DNA of 64,000 nucleotides from the human T2T-CHM13v2.0 reference genome, Homo sapiens: NCBI GenBank assembly GCA_009914755.4, contig CP086569.2, positions 17,088,001 to 17,152,000 of the forward strand, read 5' to 3'. Shown piece by piece: positions 12,761 to 22,708 of this stretch (position 1 is its first letter; each line of letters starts with the position of its first letter). The notes under the pieces were generated by a model. It saw only the letters and a program-made list of their open reading frames with translations, ran no database searches and was not told where the DNA came from. The position numbers and the translations under genes were made by a program.

Positions 12761-13424
12761 CTATAATCTGAGAACAGAAGTTGCTACCATATGTGACTCA
12801 GATGACGGTCACATCTCTCTCATGGCTTAAAGTGCTCTTGTGGGGGACTGCCATAGCTTTTAAATTATATTTATTTTCACAATAAACATAGTCATAGGCA
12901 TAGATGCAAACTGTTAACAATAAATGAGATATCCTTCAGGAATCAAGGATATCGACATGACAAGGATGAGGTTAGATCAGAAATTTAATAAAGGAAAGAA
13001 AGCCCTATGCCGCAGAGAGGCATCCCAAAAAAGGGTTGCAATTTCACAGTTGAATATAGAGCCTTTTATAAGAAATCGTTGAGGGATGAGTGTTTCATTT
13101 GCATAAGGTGTGAAGTTCTGGTAGCTCCACCCCATCCTCCTAGTGCACCCACAGGCCTTTAGCTTGAGTTACTCCATATTGTTTTGTTCCCCTTATGATG
13201 CCTGTGCCAGGGGATGGAATTTTCCATTGCAGGCAAGTCTAGTCAAATCAGCTATATAGACTTTCTTATCTGTATGGCTGTGGGCATGTCTCAGTCAAGC
13301 TCCCCTGTGTAAGTTCCCTTATGTGTGCCTGCAGGCTATTCTTTTGTTTAAAAGAATTCAACCATTTAACCTTGGAACAACTCTAACTGGCTGCTTAATG
13401 GGTTTCTTCCTCTTTTCCCTCTCA

Positions 13425-13495
13425 GTACTAGATGATCTAGGCAGAAACCTTGACCTCCACTAGATGATCTAGGCAGAAATCTTGACCCCCAAGCT
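13425..13495. repeat. 2 x 35-bp tandem duplication
   Basis: ctagatgatctaggcagaaaccttgacctccactagatgatctaggcagaaatcttgaccccca. Confidence 0.8.
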
Positions 13496-13659
13496 CATCT
13501 CCTATCTTCAACATATGTAAGGATAAGCTCAGTATTCAGCAAAATAACTGAGAGCTGGTGAGGGCTACTTTGCGGGACATTTTCAAGTTCTGTGCATTTC
13601 TCTTCTGTTAGGAGAGTATCAAGGAGATTCCACGTGAAATTGATTGAAGGGACGTCAAG

Positions 13660-14060
13660 TGTCTCATCCACTTTGGGCTGCAATAATGAAAATACCATAG
13701 ACTGCGTAGCTTCTAAAAAGGATAAATTGATTGCATACTCTTCTGAAAGCTGGAAGTCCAAGATCAAAACGTGGTAGATTTAGTGTCCCGTGGGGACTTA
13801 GGTCCGGTGAGGACTTAGGTCCATAGACAGTATCTTCTAGCTGTATTCTCACACAGTGAAAGAGGTGAAGAAGATCTATTGGGTCCCTTTTATAATAGCA
13901 CTAATTCCATTCATGTGGGCTCCACTCTCATCACCTTCCATCTCCTAATACCATCACCTTGGAAGTTAGGACTCAAGATGTTATTCTGGAAAAACACAAA
14001 CATTTGGAGCATAGCATCAAGAGACCTTCTCAGTGAATCTGGGGGTCACAGAATAGAGAG
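13660..14060 (-). mobile_element. MaLR (MST/MLT-type) LTR, minus orientation
   Basis: Reverse complement of the MaLR 3' half is seen: ...ggctgcaataatgaaaataccatagactg...ctggaagtccaagatcaaaacgtggtag...gtccatagacagtatcttctagctgtattctcacacagtgaaagaggtgaag...cccttttataatagcactaattccattcatgtgggctccactctcatcacc... Confidence 0.5.
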
Positions 14061-14477
14061 ACTATAGGCTGACTCTTCTTTGAAGAAGGTGAATGATACT
14101 AGGTTGTCTGCAAGTTTAGTGAAGGGTGAATAAAGAGGTGAGACTACAAGAACACAGGCTTGGCCATCTGGTGTTGTTGGGCAGCACAGAATGATTGACA
14201 ATTTCTTTTGGCCAAGTGTGCTCTGAAAGATGACAGCCTTGATCACCCAGATGGGACACTGACAAAGTTTCTCCCTTCTGAGAATGTGACACTACAGGGA
14301 AAATAGAACCAGAAGTATAGTCAGAAGCTAGAAACCAGAGATGTGGGTGTTGCAATAAGTCCTATAAAAGCAACAATGCCCCAAGGAAAAAAAAAATTAT
14401 GTAAGTGAGTATGACATCCTTCTTCAAATATCCTTGCAAACTTGATAAAGTTTGACAGATGAATGGAAAGTGAGATT

Positions 14478-14762
14478 GTTTTTGTTTGTTTTGAGACAGG
14501 GTCTCATTCTGTTGCCCAGGCTGAAGTGCAATGGCTTGCTCTTGGTTCACTGCAACCTCTACATCCCAGGCTCTAGTGATCTTCTCATCTTAGCTTCCTG
14601 AGTAGCTGGGACTATCGGTGTGCACCACCTTGCCAAGCTAATTCTTTTATTTTATTGTATAGGTGGGTTCTCACTGTGCTGCCCAGGCTGGTCTTGAAAT
14701 CCTGAGCTCAAGCAATCCATCCCAAAATGTTGGGACTACAGATGTGAGCCACTGCATCTGGT
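14478..14762 (-). mobile_element. Alu SINE, minus orientation
   Basis: ttttgagacagggtctcattctgttgcccaggctgaagtgcaatgg...; ends ...cccaaaatgttgggactacagatgtgagccactgcatctggtc. Confidence 0.85.
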
Positions 14763-15889
14763 CTGGAATTTTCAAATATAATGAGATATTGAAATTATAC
14801 TTTAGGTTGCATTGGTCATTTAAACATACATGAATCAGATTATTCACCAATATCTTGAATAGTCCAGAAAATATTTGAAGTGTGCCTGAAATATCACCTA
14901 CAGAAAAGATATGAAAATGTGATAGCATGACAAACTTATATTTTCCCATCATTTTATCCAGTGACTCAAAGAAAGAGAGAAGCCTGCTGAGAGACATACT
15001 GAGAAGAAAAATGTAAAAAGACTATTCAAAGAAGGTTGAGTGTCAACAAGGAACTCTTATTGGGACAAGAGAGGAAGAATAGACGTCTCTTCTTGCAACA
15101 AGAAATAGAAGAGTAGTTGTGAACTCCAGGGAAAATCACAATCATGCAATGTTTTCAAGTAATGTGCTAGACTTTAAGAAAGAAGGATATGACTCTCCTG
15201 ATACATGAACTCTTCTTAAAGCAGTTCATGTTGAATATCGTGGGACTAAATCACATGGGTTTCTGTAGATTCATTCATACTCTCTGGGGTCCACTGGTAA
15301 ATATCCACACAAGGATTATTCTCAATTCTATTGATTGGTTTTTAATTTTCAGAATTAACTTTATTGGAAACCAATAGGAAGTCATTATTTTTACGGATTA
15401 AAAAACATCAGTTTCAAAGGTTAATTAATTAATGAATGGAAAAGCCAATGTAAATTAAGGAAGGAAAGAGGGGATATCAAGGAAAATATATAATGCTTAC
15501 TTTGCTAATCACTTAAGAGTAAGATGTTATATCCTACAGTCCAAATGTAATGGTTCAAGAAATAAACATAGAAAAAATTACTTTTAGATTCAGTCTTTCA
15601 AAAAATGCAGAATTATAAAAGTTATGATATTATGAGCAAGTATTATTTGTCATTGTTATGTTGGAGTAAATAAATATACCTTAACGTTTGTAAAGATGTT
15701 GGAAGTATCATCTTGGCTCAAGAAGACTTAAAGAAAAAATGATGAGAAATGATTAACGTGGTGAGAGAACTTGGCATGAGGGCAGGTGAACAATTTTCCA
15801 TTCCATTATTAGTCTTTTGTGTGGCTAAGCTTTTTTTTTTTTTCCCATGGACATCCCAAAATATTAGTTTTAAATGGTATTTGAAGTCA

Positions 15890-15984
15890 TTCTCCTTTAA
15901 GAATTTTCCTCCCTCCAGTGAGTAAAGAGGGGCTTAGAGGACATAAGTCACTTGCAAGTAACTTGCCTGTATTTAAGGTCACAG
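15890..15984 (+). mobile_element. MIR SINE fragment, split by the HERV insertion
   Basis: gggcttagaggacataagtcacttgcaagtaacttgcctgtatttaaggtcacag resembles MIR ...ctcagagaggttaagtaacttgcccaaggtcacacagc. The provirus begins immediately after ...aaggtcacag. Confidence 0.4.
15981..15984. repeat. HERV target-site duplication, 5' copy (ACAG)
   Basis: ggtcACAG|TGtgatatcc at the 5' junction; ttacaaCA|ACAGgacc at the 3' junction (22709-22712). Confidence 0.5.
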
Positions 15985-16400
15985 TGTGATATCCTACCTT
16001 GTTTTAACCTGAATTGACTCTCCCTTGGCTGAGAGAAGTGGACAGACTCCATTTTGGCTCCTTCACTTGCAGCCCCTTACCCACCCCCTTCCTCAAAGAC
16101 TTAACTTGTGCAAGCTGACTCCCAGCACATCCAGGAATGCAATTACTGATAAGATACTGTGGCAAGCTATATCCGCAGTTCCCAGGAATTCACCTGGTTG
16201 ATAGTACTCAAAGCCCCAGTGTTTGTGTCCAGTTGATAGCGCCCAAAGCCCCCGCATCTATCACCTTGTGATAGATTTAAAGCCCCTGCACCTGGACCTG
16301 TTTGTTTTCCCGTAACCGTTCGTCTTTTTAACTTTTTTTGTCTGTTGTGCTTCTGTAAGATTGCTTCAGCTAGGCTCCCCCTTCCCTTTCTAAACCAAAG

Positions 16401-16408
16401 TATAAAAG
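16401..16408 (+). promoter_or_regulatory. LTR TATA box (tataaaag)
   Basis: Canonical TATAAAAG about 65 bp upstream of the AATAAA signal, consistent with the U3/R boundary of a retroviral LTR. Confidence 0.5.
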
Positions 16409-16473
16409 AAAATCTAGCCCCTTCTTTGGGGCAGAGAGAATTTTGAGCACTAGCCATCTCTCGGTCACCAGCA

Positions 16474-16479
16474 AATAAA
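16474..16479 (+). terminator. LTR polyadenylation signal AATAAA (R region). The same motif recurs at 22646-22651 in the 3' LTR remnant.
   Basis: cagcaaataaagg is conserved in both LTR copies. Confidence 0.6.
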
Positions 16480-16539
16480 GGACTGCTAAATTAGTCTCAA
16501 AGTGTGGCGTTTCTCTACAACTCGCTCAGTTACAACATT

Positions 16540-16557
16540 TGGAAGTCCCGGCGAGAT
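16540..16557 (+). other. Retroviral primer binding site (PBS), TGGAAGTCCCGGCGAGAT
   Basis: Lies 2 nt (tt) downstream of the LTR-terminal CA. From memory of tRNA 3' ends it matches 15/18 the complement of tRNA-Gln(TTG) (TGGAGGTCCCACCGAGAT) and also 15/18 that of tRNA-Thr(TGT) (TGGAGGCCCCAGCGAGAT). Confidence 0.6.
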
Positions 16558-18197
16558 TTATTTGCCATGAGATGAGTGCTGAATTCATTCCAGGCTCCCC
16601 TGGACAGACAGTGGTCTTATAGGGGAGGTGCCACCTGAAGACTTTCCAAGGCACCATAGGCCACCGTATTCCGGAGGGGGAACGGATCGACTGCTGGTGT
16701 GTGCCCACCAAATTCAACTCCTGAGTCCTCAGTCTCTGGTCCTGGGACGGTAAGTCAGATCTGACTCTGTTTCTCTGGGAGGGAAATGGCCCTATTGAGG
16801 GCCCTCCCTCAGACTCTGTCCACACTCCAGGACACTGGAGGGCAAAGTCCTGGTTTCTGTCAGGCTTCTCTGTTAAGACTCTCACACTCCCTCTCTGTCT
16901 CTTCTTCTTCTCTCATTCAGGTCTCAAGGAGACCCCTGTTTAAATGGGTATGAAAAATTATAATAAACTCTGAAGGAGTGAGTGAGTGAATGTGGAGTTC
17001 AAGGGCTTTTGCTTGAATTTCAAGTTTGTAGCTCCATGGCAAAAGCTACAGAGTTTGAGTGGGCCCTCACCTGTGGTTCCGGGTGACCTCATAAGGCTTA
17101 GGGTAGCAAAGGGCATAGCTCGACCTGAGCTGGGGGTTTATACTGGCCTGCCAATGTCAAGAGGAGCCTAAGTCCCTGCAAGGGGAGTGGCCAGGCAGGC
17201 ATCTGACTAATCACATCACAGAAGCCCCTCATCTTGTCTGTTTATAAAAACTTTCATAACTGTTTATATACCCCAGTGTCTATTCTCCTGTCTGGTGTTT
17301 GCCTAAGTTTCACATGTCAGGTCTTCAATACTGCCCAAGATGACTGGGCAAGGACTTCTTCAAGGTCGTTAGTACAGATTTTCTATCCCAGGAGTTCAAA
17401 TCTTTCATCAGTCATTTGGGCTGGCCATCCGAGTCCTGTCTTTTCTGTCGGAAAAAAGTCAGGTGTTGTTATGGGGAGGTGTATGGGAAACAGTCTCTCG
17501 TTTGGGATTTCTGGCACCATAAAGGTTGCTGGCATTTGGATTGCCATACCTCAAACCCCAGTGACTGAAACACCTCCTCCTTAGATCAGTGGGGGATTCA
17601 AAATAGCCACCCTGCAGATTTCCTTGCTCACCTTTTCTGTCATCCTGTAACTTTTCCCATGCCCTTGGATAAGGCACTGTGCAGAGAAACCTACGCCTGT
17701 ACTGTCTTATTCCATCTGGACTCTTATTCTATCCCTCTGTAGCTACTCTCCTACCTTAGGAAAGATCCAAGTGGCCCCTTTCCTACTCATCCCCATCCCT
17801 TACCCCGTACATTTCATTTTCCTGTGTCACAGCAAGTCCAGCACCTCCAAGACTTGGCTCTGCTCACCCTCCTAAAACCCTTAAAAGAAAAAGCCAAGTT
17901 TGAACTGTTTGCCTTTGAGTCATGAAGACACCAAAAATATTCAGGCTATAAGTCAAAAAGGAAGGAGGGATCATGTAGGTCCCACAGGCCTCAGACCCAC
18001 CTCTTGTCCTCTCCCTAGATCTCAAAACCTAAAGAGAAAGAGCTTATGTGGCAAGAAGTGTTGGCTATAGTTGCTTTCCTACTTCTTCTGGTCGTAATAT
18101 TTCTGTTCTTCTGATACTACGGGCCCCCAGAGAGTGAATTGCTCTGTCCATGCTGGATTTAATATTTCTGCTCAATCCTTGTTAAATTGCTTCCAGA

Positions 18198-18720
18198 ATG
18201 GGAAGCTCTTCTTCCTGGCCTCATAGAGATTGGAGCCCTCTCCAATGTATGTTACAAAATTTCTCCCTGGGCTTCTCAGAGGATTATGGGGTTTGCCTTA
18301 AAAAAGGCAAATTCTGGACACTCTGTGAAGTAGAACGGCTACAGTTTGGAACCGGGTGGCCCCCAGAAGGGTCACTGAATGTGTGTGGCAGTTCATTGCT
18401 GGAACTCCCAGTCACCCTGATCAGTTTCCCTACATTGATCAATGGCTGAGCTTGGTCTGGGGCCCTTCCCCTTGGCTCCACTCATGTGCTGTTCATAATC
18501 CTACCTCCAAGGTGCTTTTGAGCCAGGCCTCACTGTCATTCTGACCCTCAGCCCCCTCAGCTCCTCCTGTACTGCCTTTTTCTGAAGAAGAGGAAAGTTT
18601 TTCTCACGCATTTCCACCACCCCATAACCCTCCTGCTCCACCAAAATCTTGCCTCGTTTCTTTGACTACATCCCCTGTGGCCTCTCTGCCTACAGCCTCC
18701 TGATTATGACCGCTGGAGAA
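18198..18720 (+). pseudogene. gag: gag remnant: matrix (MA) plus p12-like late-domain region; capsid and nucleocapsid absent
   Basis: ORF 18198-18449 MGSSSS... has an N-terminal Met-Gly myristoylation context and MA homology to MLV. The adjacent frame carries HPDQFPYIDQWLSLVWGPSPW (~ MLV [21 protein letters not shown]). Further downstream are PSAPSAPP and PPDYDRW, which are PSAP- and PPxY-like late domains, in shifted frames. The RT-homologous frame opens at 18724. Confidence 0.6.
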
Positions 18721-18723
18721 TAA

Positions 18724-21700
18724 AGCTAATCCTCTCCTATTGTATCTACAGATTGTGTTTCCTTGAGTCTGGGCCAAGTCAAAATCCCCAGGACTAGCAA
18801 AGCATCATCCACTGTTAGTTGTAGAACTCCTGGTCACTGCCCTGCCAGTCCAGGTAAAAAAAACTATCCTATGAGTCAGCGGGCTAGAGAGGGAATCAAT
18901 CCCCATATTCAGGGGCTATTACAAGCTGGTATACTCACAGCGTGTTAGTTGGCCTGGAATACTCCATTTTTGTCGGTCCAGAAACCTGGAACAAATAATT
19001 ACCAGCCTGTACAGGACTTGCAGGAAGTTAACAAGTGGACAGTCACTGTCCATCCAACTGTCCCTAACCCTTATACTTTATTCAGCCTGCTTTTGCCAGA
19101 ACATACAGTATGTGCTGTCCTGGACTTAAAAGAGGCTTTCTTTGCTATTTCTCTGGTCCCCAAATGCCAATCTATCTTTGCTTTTGAATGGACAGATCCT
19201 GGCTTGGGAGACACCACTCAATTAACCTGGACTCAGCTACCCCAGGGTTTTAAAAATTCCCCCACACTTTTTGGAGAAGCCCTCCAACAAGATCTCATAC
19301 CATTCTGAGCCAGTCACCCTAACTGCACTTTTCTCCAGTACGTGGATGACCTTTTATTAGCTGCTAAAACTACTGACAGCCGCCTGCAATATACTAGAGA
19401 CCTGCTTTGCCTTCTCCAGAAACTTGGGTACTGGGTTTCAGCTAAGAAGACCAAGCTTTATCTCCCCAGGGTTTCCTATCTGGGGTATGAGATAGACAAG
19501 GGAAAAAGGGCACTCACCAGTGCTCAAAAGGAAACCATCCTGTGGATCCCCACTCCCATCACCAAGAGACAGGTACATGAATTCCTGGGGTCTGTAGGAT
19601 ACTGTCATCTATGGATATCAGGGTTTGTGGAAATCACCAAGCCCCTAAACTCTGTTATAGGAGAAAATGACCTGCTAGCTTGGACTTACACAGAGGAACA
19701 GGCTTTTCAATACTGGAAAAAACCATTAACTGAGGACCCTGCTCTAGCCCTCCCAAATAATCTCAAAACCATTTCACCTTTTTGTTCATGAAAGCCAGGG
19801 AGTCACTAGACGGGTACTCACTCAAACTTTGGGGCCATGGTGATGCCCAGTGGCCTATTTGTCTAAGAAACTGGACCCCTGGACCCTGTGGCCTCCAGGT
19901 GGCCAAGATGTCTGCGAGCCATAGCAGCCACAGCAAGCCTGGTTCAGGAGTCTGATAAACTGACTCTAGGTAAAAATTTAACCCTTATGGCTCCTCGTGC
20001 CATAGAGACATTGCTACAAAGTGCTTCTGCCAAATAGATGTCGAACGCTTGCATCCTGCAGTATCAAAATTTACTGTTAGATCAGCCTCGTGTAACTTTC
20101 TCTCCCACAAGGTGTTTAAATCCATCTACCTTGCTCCCTGATCCAGACCTTACCACACCTATCCATGACTGTGAGGAACTGTTAGTGACTATAGAAATTG
20201 GCTGACCTGATCTCCAAGATGTGCCTTTAAAGGAGGCAGACACCACCACATTTACAGAGAGTAGCAGCTTCCTCAAACAAGGAGTATGAAAGCCTGCTCC
20301 AGCCATTACTATGGAAACAGATATACTGTGGGCCCAGGTGCTGCTGGCAGGCAACTTGGCAAAGAGGGCTGATTAGTTGCCCTCACTCAAGCTTCCGATA
20401 GGGCAAAAATAAATGCATTAACATCTACACTGACAGCAGATATACGTTTGCTACTGTCCATGTACACAGAGCCATCTATCAGGAGCATGGGCTACTCACC
20501 TCAGAAGGAAAAACTATCAAAAATAAAGAAGAAATTTTGGCCTTGCTTGAAGCTGTTTGGTTCCCTCAACAGGTGGCTGTAATTCACTGCGAAGGACAAC
20601 AAAAAGAAGATATGGTCATTGCTTGTGGTAACCAAAGAGCAGATTCTGCAGCTAAAAAGACAGCTCAGTTTCCAGTCATGCCTTTGACTCTGCTGCCCTC
20701 TATATCCTTTCTGCAGCCTGACTTTCGAGACCACCCAGAATACTCCCTAGAGGAGGAAAAAGAGGCTTCAGATCTTCAGGCCAGTAAAAATCAGGAAGGT
20801 TGGTGAATTCTTCCTGATCCCAGAATCTTCATGCCCCAAGTCCTCGGGGAAACTTTAACCAGTCATCTGCATTCTACCACACATTTGAGAGCAATAAAAC
20901 TGGCCCAGCTTCTAAAGAGCCATTTCAAGATCCTCCACCTTCAGGGCTTAGCTAACCAAGCAGCCCTCTGGTGTATAGGTTGTGCTCAGGTAAATGACAA
21001 GGAAGGTCCTAAACCCAGCCCAGGCCACCGCCTCTGGGGAGACTCACCAGGAGAAAGGTGGGAATTGACTTTACAGAGATAAAACCACACTGGGCAGTGT
21101 ATAAATACCTCCTGGTGCTAGTAGACACCTTTTCCAGATGGACTGAGGCATTTGCCACCAAAAACGAGACTGCCACCATGGTAGTTAAGCTATTACTCAA
21201 TGAAATCACTCCTTGACATGGGCTGCCCGCTGCCATAGGGTCTGATAATGGACCAGCCTTCACCTCATCTGTAGCTCAATCAGTTAGTGAGACATTAAAC
21301 ATTCAATGGAAACTCCATTGTGCCTATCAACCCCAGAGCTCTAGGCAGGTAGAATGCATGAACTGCATCCTAAAAAGTAATCTTACAATATTAATCCTAG
21401 AGACCAGTGAGAATTGGGTAAAACTCCTTTCTCTAGACCTTCTTAAAGTAAGATGCACCCCTTACCAGGCTAGGTTTTCACCTTTTGAAATCATGTCTGG
21501 GAGGGCTCCTCCTACCTTGTCCAAACTAAGAGATACCCATTTAACAGAAATCTCACAAGCTAATTTGTTACAGTACCAGCAGTCTCTGCAACAGGTACAA
21601 GACATTATCCAGCCACATGTCTGAGGAGCACATCCCAATCCAGTTCCCGACCACAAGGGGCTCTGCCACTCTTTCCAGCCAGGTGACCTGGTGTATGTTA

Positions 21701-21915
21701 AAAAGTTCCAGAAAGAAGGACTTACTCCTGCCTGAAAAGGACCTGATACTGTCATCCTCACCACACCAAGAGCTCTAAAAGTAGATAACATTCCTGCTTG
21801 GATTCATCACTCTTGCATCAAGAAGACTAACAAAACCCAGCAAGAAACATGGGTCCCCAAGACTGGTAGAGGCCCCTTACAACTGCACCTAAGTCAAGTG
21901 AAGCCAGTAGATTAA
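18724..21915 (+). pseudogene. pol: pol remnant: RT-RNaseH-integrase with multiple frameshifts and stops; protease missing
   Basis: RT motifs in ORFs 18763-18948, 18949-19308 and 19342-19791 (YVDDLLLA at about 19333-19356). RNaseH is in ORF 20537-20806. Integrase zinc finger and DDE core lie at 20831-21300 across frames. The C-terminal ...KVDNIPAWIHHSCIKK...QVKPVD ends with taa at 21913-21915. Confidence 0.85.
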
Positions 21916-21932
21916 TTCTTTATCTCTTTTGT

Positions 21933-22550
21933 TTGTTTCTGCCTGTCGTGCCCTCTGCTTCTTCCTACTCTTTATTCCTGACTTCTTTCATGACAGGAAG
22001 TGTGTTTGCAAACACCACCTGGAAGTCGGGGACCTACAAGGAAGTCTCTTTGGCAGTCGATTTATGTGCTCTGTTTCCAGAGCCTGCTCATACGTTCGAA
22101 GAGCAACACAATCTGCCAATCATAGGAGCAGGGAACATCGACCTTGCTGCAGAGTTTGGACACTCCAGAGGCTAGACTGGATGTGGAAGCTCCAAAGGTG
22201 CAGAAAAAGGACTCCAGAACGTTGAACTTTACTTCTGTCCTGGAAATCACCTTGACTCTAGGTGTCAAGATTCTTACCAATTTTTCTGCCCTGACTAGAC
22301 ATGTATAACTTTGGCCACCTACTCTGGGGGATCAATCCGACCTTCAACCTTTTCCATAGCTCATGCTTCCCATCCTAAACTGTGTGCAAGGGGAAATTGC
22401 AATCTTCTTACTATAACCATCCGTAACCCCAATTTAGCTCAATGGCATTATGGCATGTCATGGGGATTAAGGCTTTATATCGCTGGATTTGATGTTGAAA
22501 CTGTGTTCAGCATCCTATGTTCCAAAAACACCCAGACAGGGTCAATTTAA
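21933..22550 (+). pseudogene. env: Possible env 5' remnant (signal-peptide-like N-terminus) followed by unrelated sequence up to the LTR stub
   Basis: ORF 21933-22175 begins MFLPVVPSASSYSLFLTSF..., hydrophobic, immediately after the pol stop where gammaretroviral env would start. No SU/TM motifs (CWLC, CX6CC) were recognised and most of env is absent. Confidence 0.25.
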
Positions 22551-22633
22551 CTGTTCCACCACCACTCCTGGTTGCTAAACCTCAGCTGCAATGACAAGAC
22601 CTCCAGCTCAGCCTGATATCCATTCTGGGTGGG

Positions 22634-22708
22634 GTACATCAGCAAATAAAGGACTGCTAAATTAGTCTCAAAGTGTGGCATTTCTCTATAACTAGCTCAG
22701 TTACAACA
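22634..22708 (+). mobile_element. HERV 3' LTR remnant, R/U5 only, about 75 bp; U3 deleted
   Basis: Matches 16463-16537. Sequence upstream of 22634 has no similarity to 5' LTR U3. Ends ...gttacaaCA, followed by ACAG. Confidence 0.7.

Larger units (their letters stand above)
15985..16537 (+). mobile_element. HERV 5' LTR, about 553 bp, U3-R-U5
   Basis: Starts TGTGATATCC (TG...) right after the ACAG flank. Contains three tandem 28-bp enhancer-like repeats (16191-16290), a TATA box tataaaag (16401-16408) and AATAAA (16474-16479). Ends ...gttacaaCA at 16537. Confidence 0.7.
15985..22708 (+). mobile_element. Defective gammaretrovirus-like HERV provirus (class I/ERV1), 5'LTR-PBS-leader-gag remnant-pol-env remnant-truncated 3'LTR
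   Basis: (a) A roughly 70-bp LTR-end sequence appears twice: cagcaaataaaggactgctaaattagtctcaaagtgtggc[g/a]tttctcta[c/t]aact[c/a]gctcagttacaaca at 16465-16537 and 22634-22708, about 95% identical. (b) A TGG-initiated PBS lies 2 nt after the first copy. (c) Internal ORF fragments have strong MLV-like homology: gag MA (KKGKFWTLCEVERLQFGTGWPPEGSLN ~ MLV [27 protein letters not shown]) and RT (KNYPMSQRAREGINPHIQGLLQAGIL...[27 protein letters not shown]...[17 protein letters not shown]...YVDDLLLAAKT). RNaseH (VAVIHCEGQQK...NQRADSAAKK), integrase (HHCC and [37 protein letters not shown]...AAIGSDNGPAF) and IN C-terminus (ALKVDNIPAWIHHS) are all recognisable. (d) A 4-bp direct repeat ACAG flanks the element. 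Confidence 0.9.

Noticed and set aside
18046-18112. Hydrophobic segment (AIVAFLLLLVVIFLFF) upstream of gag considered as a displaced env TM anchor indicating a rearranged or tandem provirus
   Set aside because: There are no flanking env TM motifs (immunosuppressive domain, CX6CC), and a single hydrophobic 22-mer is easily produced by chance in T-rich sequence. It is kept only as a note in the leader finding.
15985-22708. Alternative reading of the HERV as two independent solo-LTR fragments plus unrelated internal sequence
   Set aside because: The PBS sits exactly at the LTR/internal junction. The orientation and order of the gag MA, RT, RNaseH and IN homologies are correct. The matching ACAG flanks make a single provirus the simpler explanation.
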